Source of the DNA: Takakia lepidozioides
Taxonomy: Eukaryota > Plantae > Bryophyta
NCBI GenBank assembly: GCA_030704615.1
Contig: CM060732.1
Coordinates: 9,362,001-9,426,000, forward strand
DNA length: 64,000 nt
Direction: 5' to 3'
Shown here: one piece after another, positions 1 through 11,500 of the stretch
How positions within the stretch are numbered: position 1 is the first letter of the stretch
Layout of the letters: each line of letters begins with the position of its first letter
Position numbers and translations under genes: made by a program
The notes under the pieces: model-generated
Seen by the model: the letters and a program-made list of their open reading frames with translations, nothing else
The model's database searches: none
What the model was told of the DNA's origin: nothing

Positions 1-356
1 AAGGGTTGGAAAGATACAGACTTTTTTTGGAAGGTGTTAATTGTTATTGTACATACTACTGACTTAAATAAGTCAACTGGAGAAACAGAAGTGCAGTTGA
101 CATACCCATAGCAATCCGAAGCCTTGTTTCCAATTTGAGTGTTGTTTTCAATTGAGATGTGAAGAGACAGATCTGTCACTTCCCAATTGTATCCTCCGTT
201 TGACAGGATCTACACTAAAGGTAACTCCCTATGATGGCACTATATTTATGTTTGAGATTTCATTCATGGTTCACCCAGCTAATAGGGCACACCCCTGAAA
301 AGGGGCAGTAGCCGCAAGGCAAAGTGGCTCTTAGTTACGCCGGCTTCGGCCGGAGT

Positions 357-380
357 CTTCTCTCTCTCTCTCTCTCTCTT
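357..380. repeat. (CT)n microsatellite
   Basis: tcttctctctctctctctctctt run seen directly. Confidence 0.9.
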
Positions 381-864
381 CACCCAGCTAGGTAGGGCTT
401 GCCATATTGAATACCTTGGGGCTTCAGGTCTGTAAGAGAAAAACACTGGTAAACAAGCTTGCCCCAGTCACAAAGTGGCAGTACAAAGAGCCCACCTATC
501 AACAGACAGTAGCCTTCACGAGTGAAGCCTCCTTCATACCCTAGAGCTCCAGTCACCATTGTCTTCCGACACCACTGGTCTAGAACCAGATAAGCTACTG
601 CTTAAAAAGTTCAACTGACAAATTATGTACCCTGATTCTGTTTACTGATGATAATGGTGCTCTTGAGCATGGAGCTGGTTAGCCATAACTCTAAGGGAGG
701 CCATCCAAAGAAGGCACCCGTCGCTGGCAATTTACCCGCAGAGTACACCTGCAGGCAAATTGTCAACACTAGAAGTTTCTCGGGTATGTGAAGTTTGTGT
801 GGCTGGGATGATGTTGGGGCAGTGCCTTCCAATATCCTTAGTAGGTCTATTTCCTAGTTGCAAA

Positions 865-941
865 TTTGGACGTGACGTGGCGTTGACGCGTCAGCGTCAC
901 GTCCGACATCAGCGACGGACGTGCGTCACGTCACGTCCAAA
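865..941. repeat. Subterminal inverted repeat/hairpin rich in ACGTG motifs
   Basis: TTTGGACGTGACGTG (865-879) is the exact reverse complement of CACGTCACGTCCAAA (927-941). Confidence 0.85.
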
Positions 942-1091
942 ACGGACATTACTATATATAATTATGTTTATTTTCTTACTTTACTATTGACTATTTACTA
1001 TGAGAACCGACGTGGCAACCGATGTGGCCTCATTACGTGGACTTCATTATTTATCTATAAAATTCATATATTATGATTTATATTGTCAATC

Positions 1092-1580
1092 ATGCGACCG
1101 TCAGCAACGGTTGGTCTCACAATTTTTTTTAAAAAAAAATAGGTGCGATCACCAGAAGGGGGTGGTCGCACATTCTTACTTATTTTTTAAATGGGTGCGA
1201 CCACCAGCAGGTGGTGGTCGCAGCATTTTCATTTTTTTTTAATAGGTGCGACCACAAGCAAAGGGTGGTCGCACATTTTTATTATTATTTAAATTGGGTG
1301 CGACCAATAGCAGGTGGTGGTCGCAGCATTTTCATTTTTTTTTAATAGGTGCGACCACTAGCAGGGGTTGGTCACACATTTTTAATTATTTTTTAAATGG
1401 GTGCGACCACCAGCCGGTGATGGTCGCAAAAATTTTCTTTTTTGTTATTAGGTGCGACCGCTTAGGGGGGGTCGCACATTTTCATTTTGTTTTTAAAAAG
1501 GTGTGACCACCAGCAGGGGGGGGTCGCAGCAGTTTTTTTGTTTTGTTATTAGCTGCGACCACCTATAGGTGCGACCGCTA
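1092..1580. repeat. About 10 tandem ~51-bp units, each TGCGACCA-N~13-TGGTCGCA plus a T-rich linker (subterminal repeat array)
   Basis: Units start near 1092, 1142, 1193, 1245, 1297, 1348, 1400, 1451, 1500 and 1552. Confidence 0.9.
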
Positions 1581-2504
1581 CCTGGACACGTGGCGAGGCG
1601 CGAATGGGCAGCAGAGACGGCCGCGCGCCGCTCAAGGCAAGCCTCTCCAGGCAGTATATAAGGGGGATTGAAAATGCATGAGCGGTGAGCATGAGCGGAG
1701 TATTCCGAACCTTGCCCGAACCTACACCGAACCAGAATTAAAGAACCGAAAACGCAGGTCCCGACATCCCCGCGCACCGACTTCCCCATACATAACATGG
1801 ACAATTTGGGATTTTGTAAAAGCGCACGGAAATTGGGGTTTCAACGCCTATAGCCGTGCCCCAAGTTGCGCCGTTATAGTCGGCACCGACAACAACACAA
1901 CAGGCCAATGTGGGGTAAAACGCCCCGTGCGAAGCTTGCAGGTGTTGTAGTCGCCAACGACTACAGAAAGCATACAAAATTAGGAGGGTAATCATCGTCG
2001 AATTAATTCAAATACAATGTGGCAAATAAAACTTGGTTAATGTTATAGATGGCAACGAGTAGGTGACACGCGTTGGGTGAACGAATTGAAGAAGCATATG
2101 AGGAACGTAGATGAGCGAAGGTACTGCGTTGCAGGCTCAAAGTATAGTCGGTGCCGACTTCATGCACTTAAGTTGAATGAGGCAACTGAGTGGAGTCTCT
2201 GTTTAAAAGTCCATATAGCGCATTGCCTACCCATGGCTCTTGGTTTTTAGGAGATCAGAAAGCACTCAAAGAACGAGTTTGGGTTGCCTTGGCCATTGCA
2301 CCATCATGTCAAGATCATGGAAGCTGTTGAAGCATCGTAGAAGAGAAATTATAATCCGCAATATTGAAATCCGGGCACATCATTGGATGATACCAAACAG
2401 TTCAAGGCGGCATAGAAAAGCCTAATGTTTACTCAGTGATAATTGGGGCCTCATTAAGTAGTAGATGTGATGACACCATGGTCGGCCACGATAGACAGTC
2501 GTCA

Positions 2505-5500
2505 CTATGGTAACCAAGGACAAGGGTCGCGAATTAACATTGCCTTCACCTCATTTATGGAGAGATTAGGGTGGTTGATGTCCTCCGAGTCTTCCTGCAT
2601 TTTCAATCGGCGCAACAAAATATAGTATATGTGCTTGCAATGGGTGTATGCGGATTTAGCCCTCTTCATTTTTCCAAAGTCAGGGCAGGTGCACTCCGGA
2701 CTTCTAGAGATGCACACATTGTAGACCTCCCCTGCTTTGGCCAATCCCGGTGTGCAGAGTGTGTACACACGACCAATTCCAGGGCGGGGAACATCTTTGA
2801 ACGATTGTACAATTGCCTTCAAAGATTGTCCGAGCTCCATCTTTTCACGGGCTTGTGCACTCAATGGCTTTCGTCGATATATTTTACCCCATCTCTTGGT
2901 TGCATGTGTGTCCGGATCCAGGTGATTGCTATCATCCGCAACAGTGTCCCCCTCTCCCTCGGCAGTGCTCTTGTTGTCTGTAGGAACAAGTCAAAATCCA
3001 GCCACAGTTAAGGCGTCAACCTCCTCCTGATTTAAATTTGTCCCAACCATCACAAGCCAAATGTCGGGAACATCTGGTCTATTGAGCATACATCGCCCCG
3101 CTTCACCACCGACGCAGTACACGATATCAGTCGGGCAGTGCCACATTTCCATCATATTTGGTTTTACCAAAGCCGGAGGATGGTGGCGACCCACATATCT
3201 TGGAGCAGGAACACCCAAACTGTGGAGTGGCCGGATTTCTTCTTTGCATGTCTGTGCACTATAAGACCGTATTGCCCAACACTTTACTCAAAGTGTCGGA
3301 CGTCCGGGCGATGTGCCAACATACTGTGGACACAGCGGACTCTAAAACCGGCTTTCTATTCTGTACTGAAAGGTCATCCTCCAACGTCTCTAGAGACATC
3401 TGAACAGTAGTTGTGGGCACTCTTAGTCCTTCGGCACCTTCACGGCGCCTGGGTGTGGTGCGGAGGTTCATGTCAGGCCTCCATGAATGAAGGTGTTCCT
3501 CGTCTTCTAAGTTGCCCAAAACAATCTTCCGCTTCGTTGTCCGAGTGAGAAGGTCGCCCTCGAGCCTAGGATTTCTACCATGGAGATGAGTTCCCTCCAC
3601 AAAACTTCTTACCGCCTCTGCCATCTTCAGAGGATCAGAAGACCGCGCTGCCGCCCGATCTAATAATTGTTGGCGGTCGGGACCATAACCCTTTGCACCA
3701 CCCTTTAGATAATTATGGAAGGCCGATGATTGCAAAATAGCCCTTGTCATGTCGTCTTTGTTGGCTGTGTATAGGTCCACTTTTAAGACACCACTCCCGG
3801 CCTGCCAGCTTGCATGCACGGACTCAGACATGTTCACGTTTGGCATTGCTGCGTCCTCTTCGAGATCCAATCCCTGCAGGTAAAATCTCCATCATGAGAA
3901 CTACATTTCCGTGGACAACGAAAAATGCAACGTCTTAAGGTGAGGTCCATCGAAACAATATCAAACCTTCAGTTATCGGCACCGAATATAGCCATCGAAT
4001 GCTTCATGACACATAACCCAATCTTAAAGTCGGTGCAGACTATAAGCTACCCACAATAGTGCCTCTTACGGTATAGTCGGTGCTGACTATAAAGGGAATG
4101 TTCTACTGAATAGAGCTGCACAGATGGGACGCTATGTTATAGTCGGTGCAGACTATAATCCACAATAGTGGCATTCCAACCGAGGCCGGCGGTTGGAGGA
4201 ATAATTTGCTACATGTTATGTTATAGTCGGTGCAAACTATAAGCTGTGGACAGTAGTGCCCTACGCTATGCTATCTTTGGTGCACACTGTAGAACGAGTG
4301 TTCTGCTGCAGTGAGCCAAACCTCATGTGATCAAAGAAAATGTATTCACATTAAGGATCAATATTAAAATCTAATGTCATAGTCGGTGCAGACTATAAGG
4401 TAAAACAGTACCATTGCAACGCTATAGTCAGATGCGCCGCAGAGGAGGCACGCCAGGAAGAGTGCACTGATTCGGCCATGTTTGTCATGGGCATGTCGGT
4501 GTCGGAGTCGAGACACATTTCCTGCACAAGCACATGTTGAGGTTACAAGCAAGTTACAAATATGGCCAAGAATAATATTCAACGGGACGCGAATTCGTGT
4601 AACTCACCTCCCGCATATAGTCGCCAAACTAGAGGAAACGATAATGCCACCATGCTAGCCAACTGACCATTGCTCCCTCGTCTGATTTCCTTACAGCACC
4701 TGACGATGTCCACCAAGCCCGTATACATGCAAATTGTGTCTTTGCATCATCCAAGGTGGGAGCGCGCTTCCACGCAAGGTATATGGAACGGTGCTCCTCT
4801 CTGAAATCTGGCGCCACGAGCCTGGTTGTGTACTGCGAAAGGCTCTGCAGAAAATGGAACCCACAAGATCTCTCCTTGCCTTCCATGGGAACATTGGGGT
4901 CTTGCCCGTACACCCTTCGGATGGCAGCCCAATTTGCTTGTGCGTTGTCCGCCATGAAACCACGGAAATTGGGAGGGGGCAATCCCGCCTTGGCCATCTG
5001 TTCGTTTATTCCCTGCCAAAGAAGCATCTCCGATTGTGTGTCCTCTCCTTTCATCTTACAAATAGCAATTGTCATTAGCATCCTGCAGTGGGTGTCGTAG
5101 ACATGTGCACCCATTGTCACCCACTGGTGATTTGTAATTCGCTTGATATGGTCGAACATGACCCAACTGTTTGACAAGTCCCCACTCGTCATCCTGTCGA
5201 CCAGTTTGACGCCGCTGCCAGGTCCACACGTGGACATTTTGAATACGAAACAACGATCTGCCTAAGTCCCTTGTCCTGGAAACCTACTTCCATGAATGTA
5301 GTCATATCCACATCGTCGCTTCACCTCCAGAATGGAGTGCATATCCGAGCCACGCCCAATTTTCTGTTTGCATGAGACAATGTGGTTTCGGACATTCGGT
5401 GAACATACGTGGGACACCGACTCCAGCAATGCCTCCATTTCCTTCTCATCGAGAGGAACTCTATCGGAGCCGTCTTCCAACATAATTCTGGCCAATGCCA

Positions 5501-6511
5501 TCTTATGGGCGGCTTGGAGTTGTATCTGTTTGGGTTTGGCACCCGGTCTCAACTTAACCTCCTCGTGAACGAGCTGCTCTTCGGAACCTTCTCCTGAGCT
5601 CGAAATGGTTGATGAGCTGTGCCTGTCCAATCGGTCTCGTTCCTGTGACCTCTGGATTTAAAGTGGAAGCAAGTTGGGGAGAAACACCGCAACGCGCCCG
5701 CACAAACAACGTAGCGCACCCGCACACCATCGAGCATCTTCATGCTGGTGGTTTTAATAACGCACCAAGGATGACTGTCATGTTTTCTATCCATATCTGT
5801 CAACATTCCGGATGCCCTCGAGTAGTCCGCCCGAGGAGGGAACTCAAAGAAGATATTACCGTTGACGTCGGCGGGAAGGCATGTAACTGATTTAATTGCG
5901 AACTTGCTGTAGTCCAGCCCGGCCAGCTCCGACCGGTGTCCCTCCAGGTGAAGCCCTCGCAGAATTTCAAGAATAGATCGAACTGCGGTGCTCGTGCTGG
6001 GAATATGACTCCCTCCTCCACTGACGTCCATTGAGGACTTGCTTGATCTCCAGGACGACCTCGGAACTTCCATGACCTCGTCTCAGTCGGACAGGTTGTC
6101 GGTTCTCGCTCGTCTTCATGGATGGGTTCGGCTCTGGTTTACTTCGTTGCGGACTTCTCTCTTTGAGGTAGCCACTCTCTGATTCGCGGATTGTTTCGTG
6201 GAAGGCGCCAGGATAGAAGGTGCATTTGGCGGGCAAATGAAGTCCACAACAGCCCTGTATATGACGCTGTCCGATGGTGGAACTCGCCATTTCCTGCCAT
6301 CGCCGAAATCATCGTGGAGCACAACAATACTCTCGACAACAAGGCCGTTTGAGTCCTTCATTTCCTCCTCCAAAAAAACCGACCCTGGTTTCAGGTGGTA
6401 TCGAACACACGGATATTTCTCCATAACCCGGCAGATGTCCCCTCTGCACGGAAATGAAGCTCTATGCTCGTGAGGAGGGCAGTACACTGTAGCGCTCGGG
6501 TTTTCCGCCAT
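2505..6511 (-). pseudogene. MULE-type DDE transposase with GCM/WRKY-like Zn domain and C-terminal SWIM finger (frameshifted, one intron 3874-4607)
   Basis: ORF pieces give HPWC..CAGALRC..C (GCM-like), VMFDHIKR (D1), FRGFMADNAQAN (D2), SCGFH (CxxH), NMSESVH (E) and CTCPDF..HCKHIYY (SWIM). Collinear homology with 24130-28841; GT-AG intron at the same position as in element B. Confidence 0.85.
3960..4400. repeat. Intronic cluster of TATAGTCGGTGC(A/C)GACTATA quasi-palindromes
   Basis: Copies near 3975, 4028, 4072, 4137, 4221 and 4379 inside the transposase intron. Confidence 0.85.
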
Positions 6512-6809
6512 GGGAGATGTGCACACAAGACTGCCAGGATGGCGTGCGGGGAAGCTCCTGGTAGAAGGGGGATGCAGCGATGGGAAGGAATGCGGTGCCG
6601 ATTTGTCCGAGCGACGAAGCCTGATCCAAATCCAGGGAGCCAACTATCTCAAAAATCCACAGTCAGAGTGTTAATGAACCTTGTCTCCGGAATGCGGCCC
6701 CTGGTCTTTGCGCAATAACTGCCAACGGTATGCAGTCAGAAAGTGGGGGGCCGTCCGGATGATGTCGGCTGAAGGGGAGAAGCCGACACCGTGCCGTCAC
6801 ATTACTACC

Positions 6810-8560
6810 CCCGAATGGAAATTCGGCACCCAATATCTAACAGGGGCCGCACGGATGACGTCGTCTGGGGCAGAGATGTCGGCACCTGTCCGACAGAGAT
6901 CATCCCCCGGATGGAAATTCAGCGCCGAATTTCCATTCGGATCCCCCCAAAGGAAGTCCTGTCGGGGGGTCAGGCCGAAAACTGGCCGACATAAAAACCT
7001 CCGCGGATGGAAAAACGGCGCCGAATTTCCATCCGAGGCCTTTCGGATGCAGTCGGCTCGGGGGAAAGGCCGCCATCTGGCCCTCACATTACAACCCCCG
7101 GACGGAAATTCGGCACCGAATATACAACAGGGGAAGCCCGGATGAAGTCGCCTCGGGCGCAGAGGCCGGCGCATGTGCGACAGAGAACATCCCCTGGATG
7201 GAGATTCGGCGCCAAATTTCCATCCGGGCCCCCCCAAAGGAAGTCGTGTCGGGGGTCAGGCCGAAAACTGGCCGCAATAAAAACATCCCCAGATGGAAAA
7301 ATGGCGCCGAATTTCCATCCGGGGCCGTTCCAATGCAGTCGGGGAGGGGGGAGAGGCCGGCACCTGGCCGTCACATTTCAACCCCCGGACGGAAATTCGG
7401 CACCGAATATCCAACAGGGGACGCCCGGATGAAGTTGCCTCAGGCGTAGAGGCCGGCACGTGTTCGACAGAGAGCATCGCCTGGATGGAGATTCGGCGCC
7501 GAATTTCCATCCGGGCCCCCCCAAAGGAAGTCGTGTCGGGGGTCAGGCCGAAAACTGGCCGACATAAAAACCTCCCCAGATGGAAAAACGGCGCCGAATT
7601 TCCATCCGGGGCCGTTCCAATGCAGTCGGGGAGGGGGGAGAGGCCGGCACCTGGCCGTCATATTTCAACCCCCGGACGGAAATTCGGCACCGAATATCCA
7701 ACAGAGCGGCGGAGAGGCCGGCACCTCTCCGACAGAGACCATCCCCCGGATGGAAATTCGGCGCCGAATTTCCATCGGGGCCCCCTCAAAGGAAGTCGCA
7801 AAAACCTCCCAGAATGGAAAAACGACGCCAAATTTCCGTCCGAGGCTGTTCCGATTTCCCTCTAGCAGTCAAGGATTCCAAGAAAAACGTGTCTACAAGT
7901 GCACTTCAGCCACAAAACAAACAGTTAGGTTTGTTTTTCTCCGAAAAATCAATCGGACACGCTCAGAATTACCTGCAGGAAGGTAATTCAGCGCTTCGAA
8001 ATACTTGGCGAATGGAAATTCGGCGCTGAATATCCATACGCCAGCGATCTGACTTACCTGCTGGATGAAAATCCGGCGGCGGATTTCCATCCATCCGCTC
8101 TCCGACCAACCTTGCGGATGGAAATCCGGCGCCGGATTTCCATCCATCCGCTCTCCGACCAACCTTGCGGATGGAAATCCGGCACCGGATTTCCATCCAT
8201 CCGCCTCCGAATTACCTGCGTGAGGGAAATTTGGCGCGCCGCCCTACCTGCGCGGATGGAAACCCGGCGCCGGATTTCCATCCATCCGCCTCCGAATTAC
8301 CTGCGTGAGGGAAATTTGGCGCGCCGCCCTACTTGCGCGGATGGAAATCCGGCGCCGGATTTCCATCCATCCGCTTCTGAATTACCTGCGTGAGGGAAAT
8401 TCCGCGCGCCGCCCTACCTTGCAGGATGGAAATTCGGCGCTGAATTTCCATCCTGCTGCGCTCCGAATTACCTGCAGGATGGAAATCCGGCGCCGGATTT
8501 CCATCCTGCAGCTCTCCAAATTACCTCTACGTTGGAAATTCCGGGCCGAGTTCCGTCGTT
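6810..8560. repeat. Intergenic palindrome array GGATGGAAAT(T/C)CGGCGCCG(A/G)ATTTCCATCC in ~290-bp higher-order units, followed by 43-70-bp units
   Basis: Perfect palindromes at 7749-7776 (28 bp), 8116-8145 (30 bp) and 8472-8511 (40 bp); more than 20 variants lie between the two divergent genes. Confidence 0.95.
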
Positions 8561-8570
8561 TTTCATCTGA

Positions 8571-11500
8571 CATGGAGGGCTTCATCCGACATTTAATTGC
8601 GCAGTTGGGCAATAAATGTCCACCGCCGTCCGTTTTCATTCGGGCTGGCGACACATGGCTTCCTGGATACGTACCCTAAATCTGATGCTAATCTTGGCTT
8701 AACATGCTATTCGAGGCATGTACCCCAAAAACGGAGATCTTTTTCCATTTTGGCTGGGACTTATGTCGCCTGAAGGGCGTGGCTCTCCTGAGAGAGACCT
8801 CACATCCAGACCGTGGCGGAAGTTGAAAGCTCTGTACTACGGACGACGGCCAATCTCTCGCATGGCCAAACTGAAGCTCCAGCAGGAGATTCCAGTGTCT
8901 TGCTCACAACCCGCGCCAACTGAAGCTGAGTACTCTCAGGCAAGCCACTTCTGCTTTCGCTTTGTTCGATTTCTTTTTTGCTTTCGCTTTGTTGCCTCGC
9001 TTTGTTTTTGCATCTTCATCCTGGCTTCGCTGGATGAGTGAACCTTAGATAGTTGAGTGAACCTTAGATTGTTTGCAATGCGTGTGCAAATCCGGCAACT
9101 CTGGAGAAGGCTGCTTATGCATGTCATTCTCAGGCAATGGTTGCATTTGTTTTCATTGTTGTTGCATGGCTCTCCCTACTTCCTAAACTTGTTATGTTTT
9201 CATTTTTGTTACACGATTGTTGCTATGGTGGTTGCGCTGCTCGTTGCGATGCTGGTTTTGGCACCGATGTTGGTTCTCACGATTTTTGGGAATGACAGAG
9301 TGACGACGAGCCCGGCACGCTGGTGGTATCATCGACAGCTCCAACTCATCGCATGTTTGAATCGCCCAACTTGGGGCGAGATGGCAAACTTAAACCTTTT
9401 GTTGGTGGACGGGAGGACTTGCAACGAGAGTACGACAGAATAGGCATTGGGGAGGTTGGTGCAGGCGGCATGGCAGGTGAAGGGCGTGAGGACATGAGGA
9501 CAGCAGATCCGGCAATGGAGGTTGTTGATGCACATGCAGTAGGGCCCGCCCACGCAAAGAAAAAGAAGAAAGCTAAGCACATGCAATCCCCGGCGAGAGA
9601 GCCGTCACGGGCTGCGGAGGGGGAGTGAGCAGTGCGCGCGAGGGTGTCAGTTCGCCTCAATCAAAGGTGGTCGTCCTGGAGGGCTCCCCTGCTGCTAGCC
9701 CTAGTAAGAAACAAAAAGCCCGTGAGAGGGCAAAAGAGAGGGCAAAAGAACAGACGAGACAGAATGCTAGCCAGGAGGAAAGAGAAAAGGCCACTGAAGA
9801 GGCCAGGGGTGCCCAAATGACAGATGCCAATGTAAGCGAGGGACGCACAGAAACGGTGGATCCCTCCAAGACACCACAGAGAGGCAGTAACACACCGGTT
9901 AGACCATCGCGGGCAAGAGCAGCCCCTGCAATTACCCATACGGTGGAGAGTGGAGGAGAGGAAAGAACACCAGAAAGAGCACGGATTGTGCAAGTTCGAG
10001 GTGAAGCCAGGGAGAGGGCAGTAGAGACGGGGAGAGTGCTGGAGGTGGTTTCGCAGGTGGCTGACCCTGTTGAGGAGGACGACAGGGAGCTTTCTGACCA
10101 GGATGACATCCTCCCGGACATCCCCAGGCCCCAAACCCGGAGCATACAGGCTGGATTTGGCGGTCCTGGTGGGCTGCCGGAAAACCCCTCTGCAGCAGAC
10201 GTCATGTCTGAGGCGGATATGAAGTTGGCTGCTGCCAAGATGTTGGAGGCAACCCACAGCAACATTGGCAGGGTGCTGGGGGCATGGTGTACCCGGCCAA
10301 GCTTCGAATTCCCCTTTGCCGCTTGGTGTCATTGCAGGTGGTGAGACCTGCCCTCCCAGGCGATATCGACAAGCTGAAATTCTCTTTCCGGGATGGATAT
10401 CGAATGGGGTCTGCCGCGTTTTACGTTTCCATTGAGAACGACCACGGAGCTTCCCGTGCCCACACTTCCGATGAGGTGGACAAATGGGGTCCCCATTGGC
10501 AAACGCGAAATGAGGAGTTCGAGAGATCGATTGCTAGTGATCCTCTTTTCCACACTTGTCCGGTAAGATGTTCTACGTGTGGGACGGCAATCATCGCCTC
10601 CTGGCATGGATGGAGCACATTGCCCAAGCCCACCCCAACGACCTCGATTGGCATTTCGCCGTGGATTGTGTTGTGCTGAAGGTTGCGGGGCCCAAAGATC
10701 GCAGTCCTCTCAAAGCTGCCATGGCGGACATCAACTCGTAAGTTACAACGCCTCTCACTTTTGGACTTTGAATTTGGAAGTCATTTCATTGCGAATCCTC
10801 ATATATGATGAAAATTCCCATTTCAGTATTGTTTGATGGAAATGTGGCACTGCAGGGTGACTGAGAATGCCTTCATTGCCACCAACTTGTCCCATATGCT
10901 CTTCCGAGTGAAGGATGTCGGGAAGCAGGGGGTGCAAGAGTTTGCCAATTCCCTCAGTGCCGACCTCCTGTGCAAGTCGGAGGCAAAGGCAGACAGAACC
11001 TGGTATAGGCTGAGCGTCGACGCCATGGTGGACTACATATTTCGGGTAAAGCTCCTGACAGTTTTGTTGAGCTAATCTGTCTCTCCTCCCCCAATAGAAG
11101 AAAAGGTCTTCACCGTGATTTCTAATCTCCTCCCCCAATAGAAGAAATTGTGTTGAGCAGGATCTCTAATCTTATGTGCGCATTCTTGACAGACGAAAAT
11201 ACAGCAGGATTTGGCACATGCGCGGAGGTTCTACATGGAGTCAGAGGAGAAGAATCCAACCCTCCCGGCACTCGAATCATATGTCAAAGTTGCGGAGGTG
11301 AGGGCCCGCATAAAGTACAAGTCGCGGATGGTAAAGTACGTGGCCATAGCTGATCCCGCCCTTGGTGCCGACTTTCTGGTGGAGGTGGGGAAGCACTACT
11401 CTCGCGCTCTGAAGCCCACGATGACATTGGAGAAGCTCCATCGTCTAGCCACATCCTGTGTGGATGCAACAGAAAAGGTGATACATTCTTAACCAAATTG

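Noticed and set aside
1092-1580. CRISPR array
   Set aside because: The spacers are homologous T-rich linkers rather than unique sequences, there are no cas genes, and the context is eukaryotic with introns.
6681-8560. Many overlapping ORFs (MEIRRRISI.../GWKFGAEFPS...)
   Set aside because: Artefacts of the palindromic tandem array, which reads the same on both strands.
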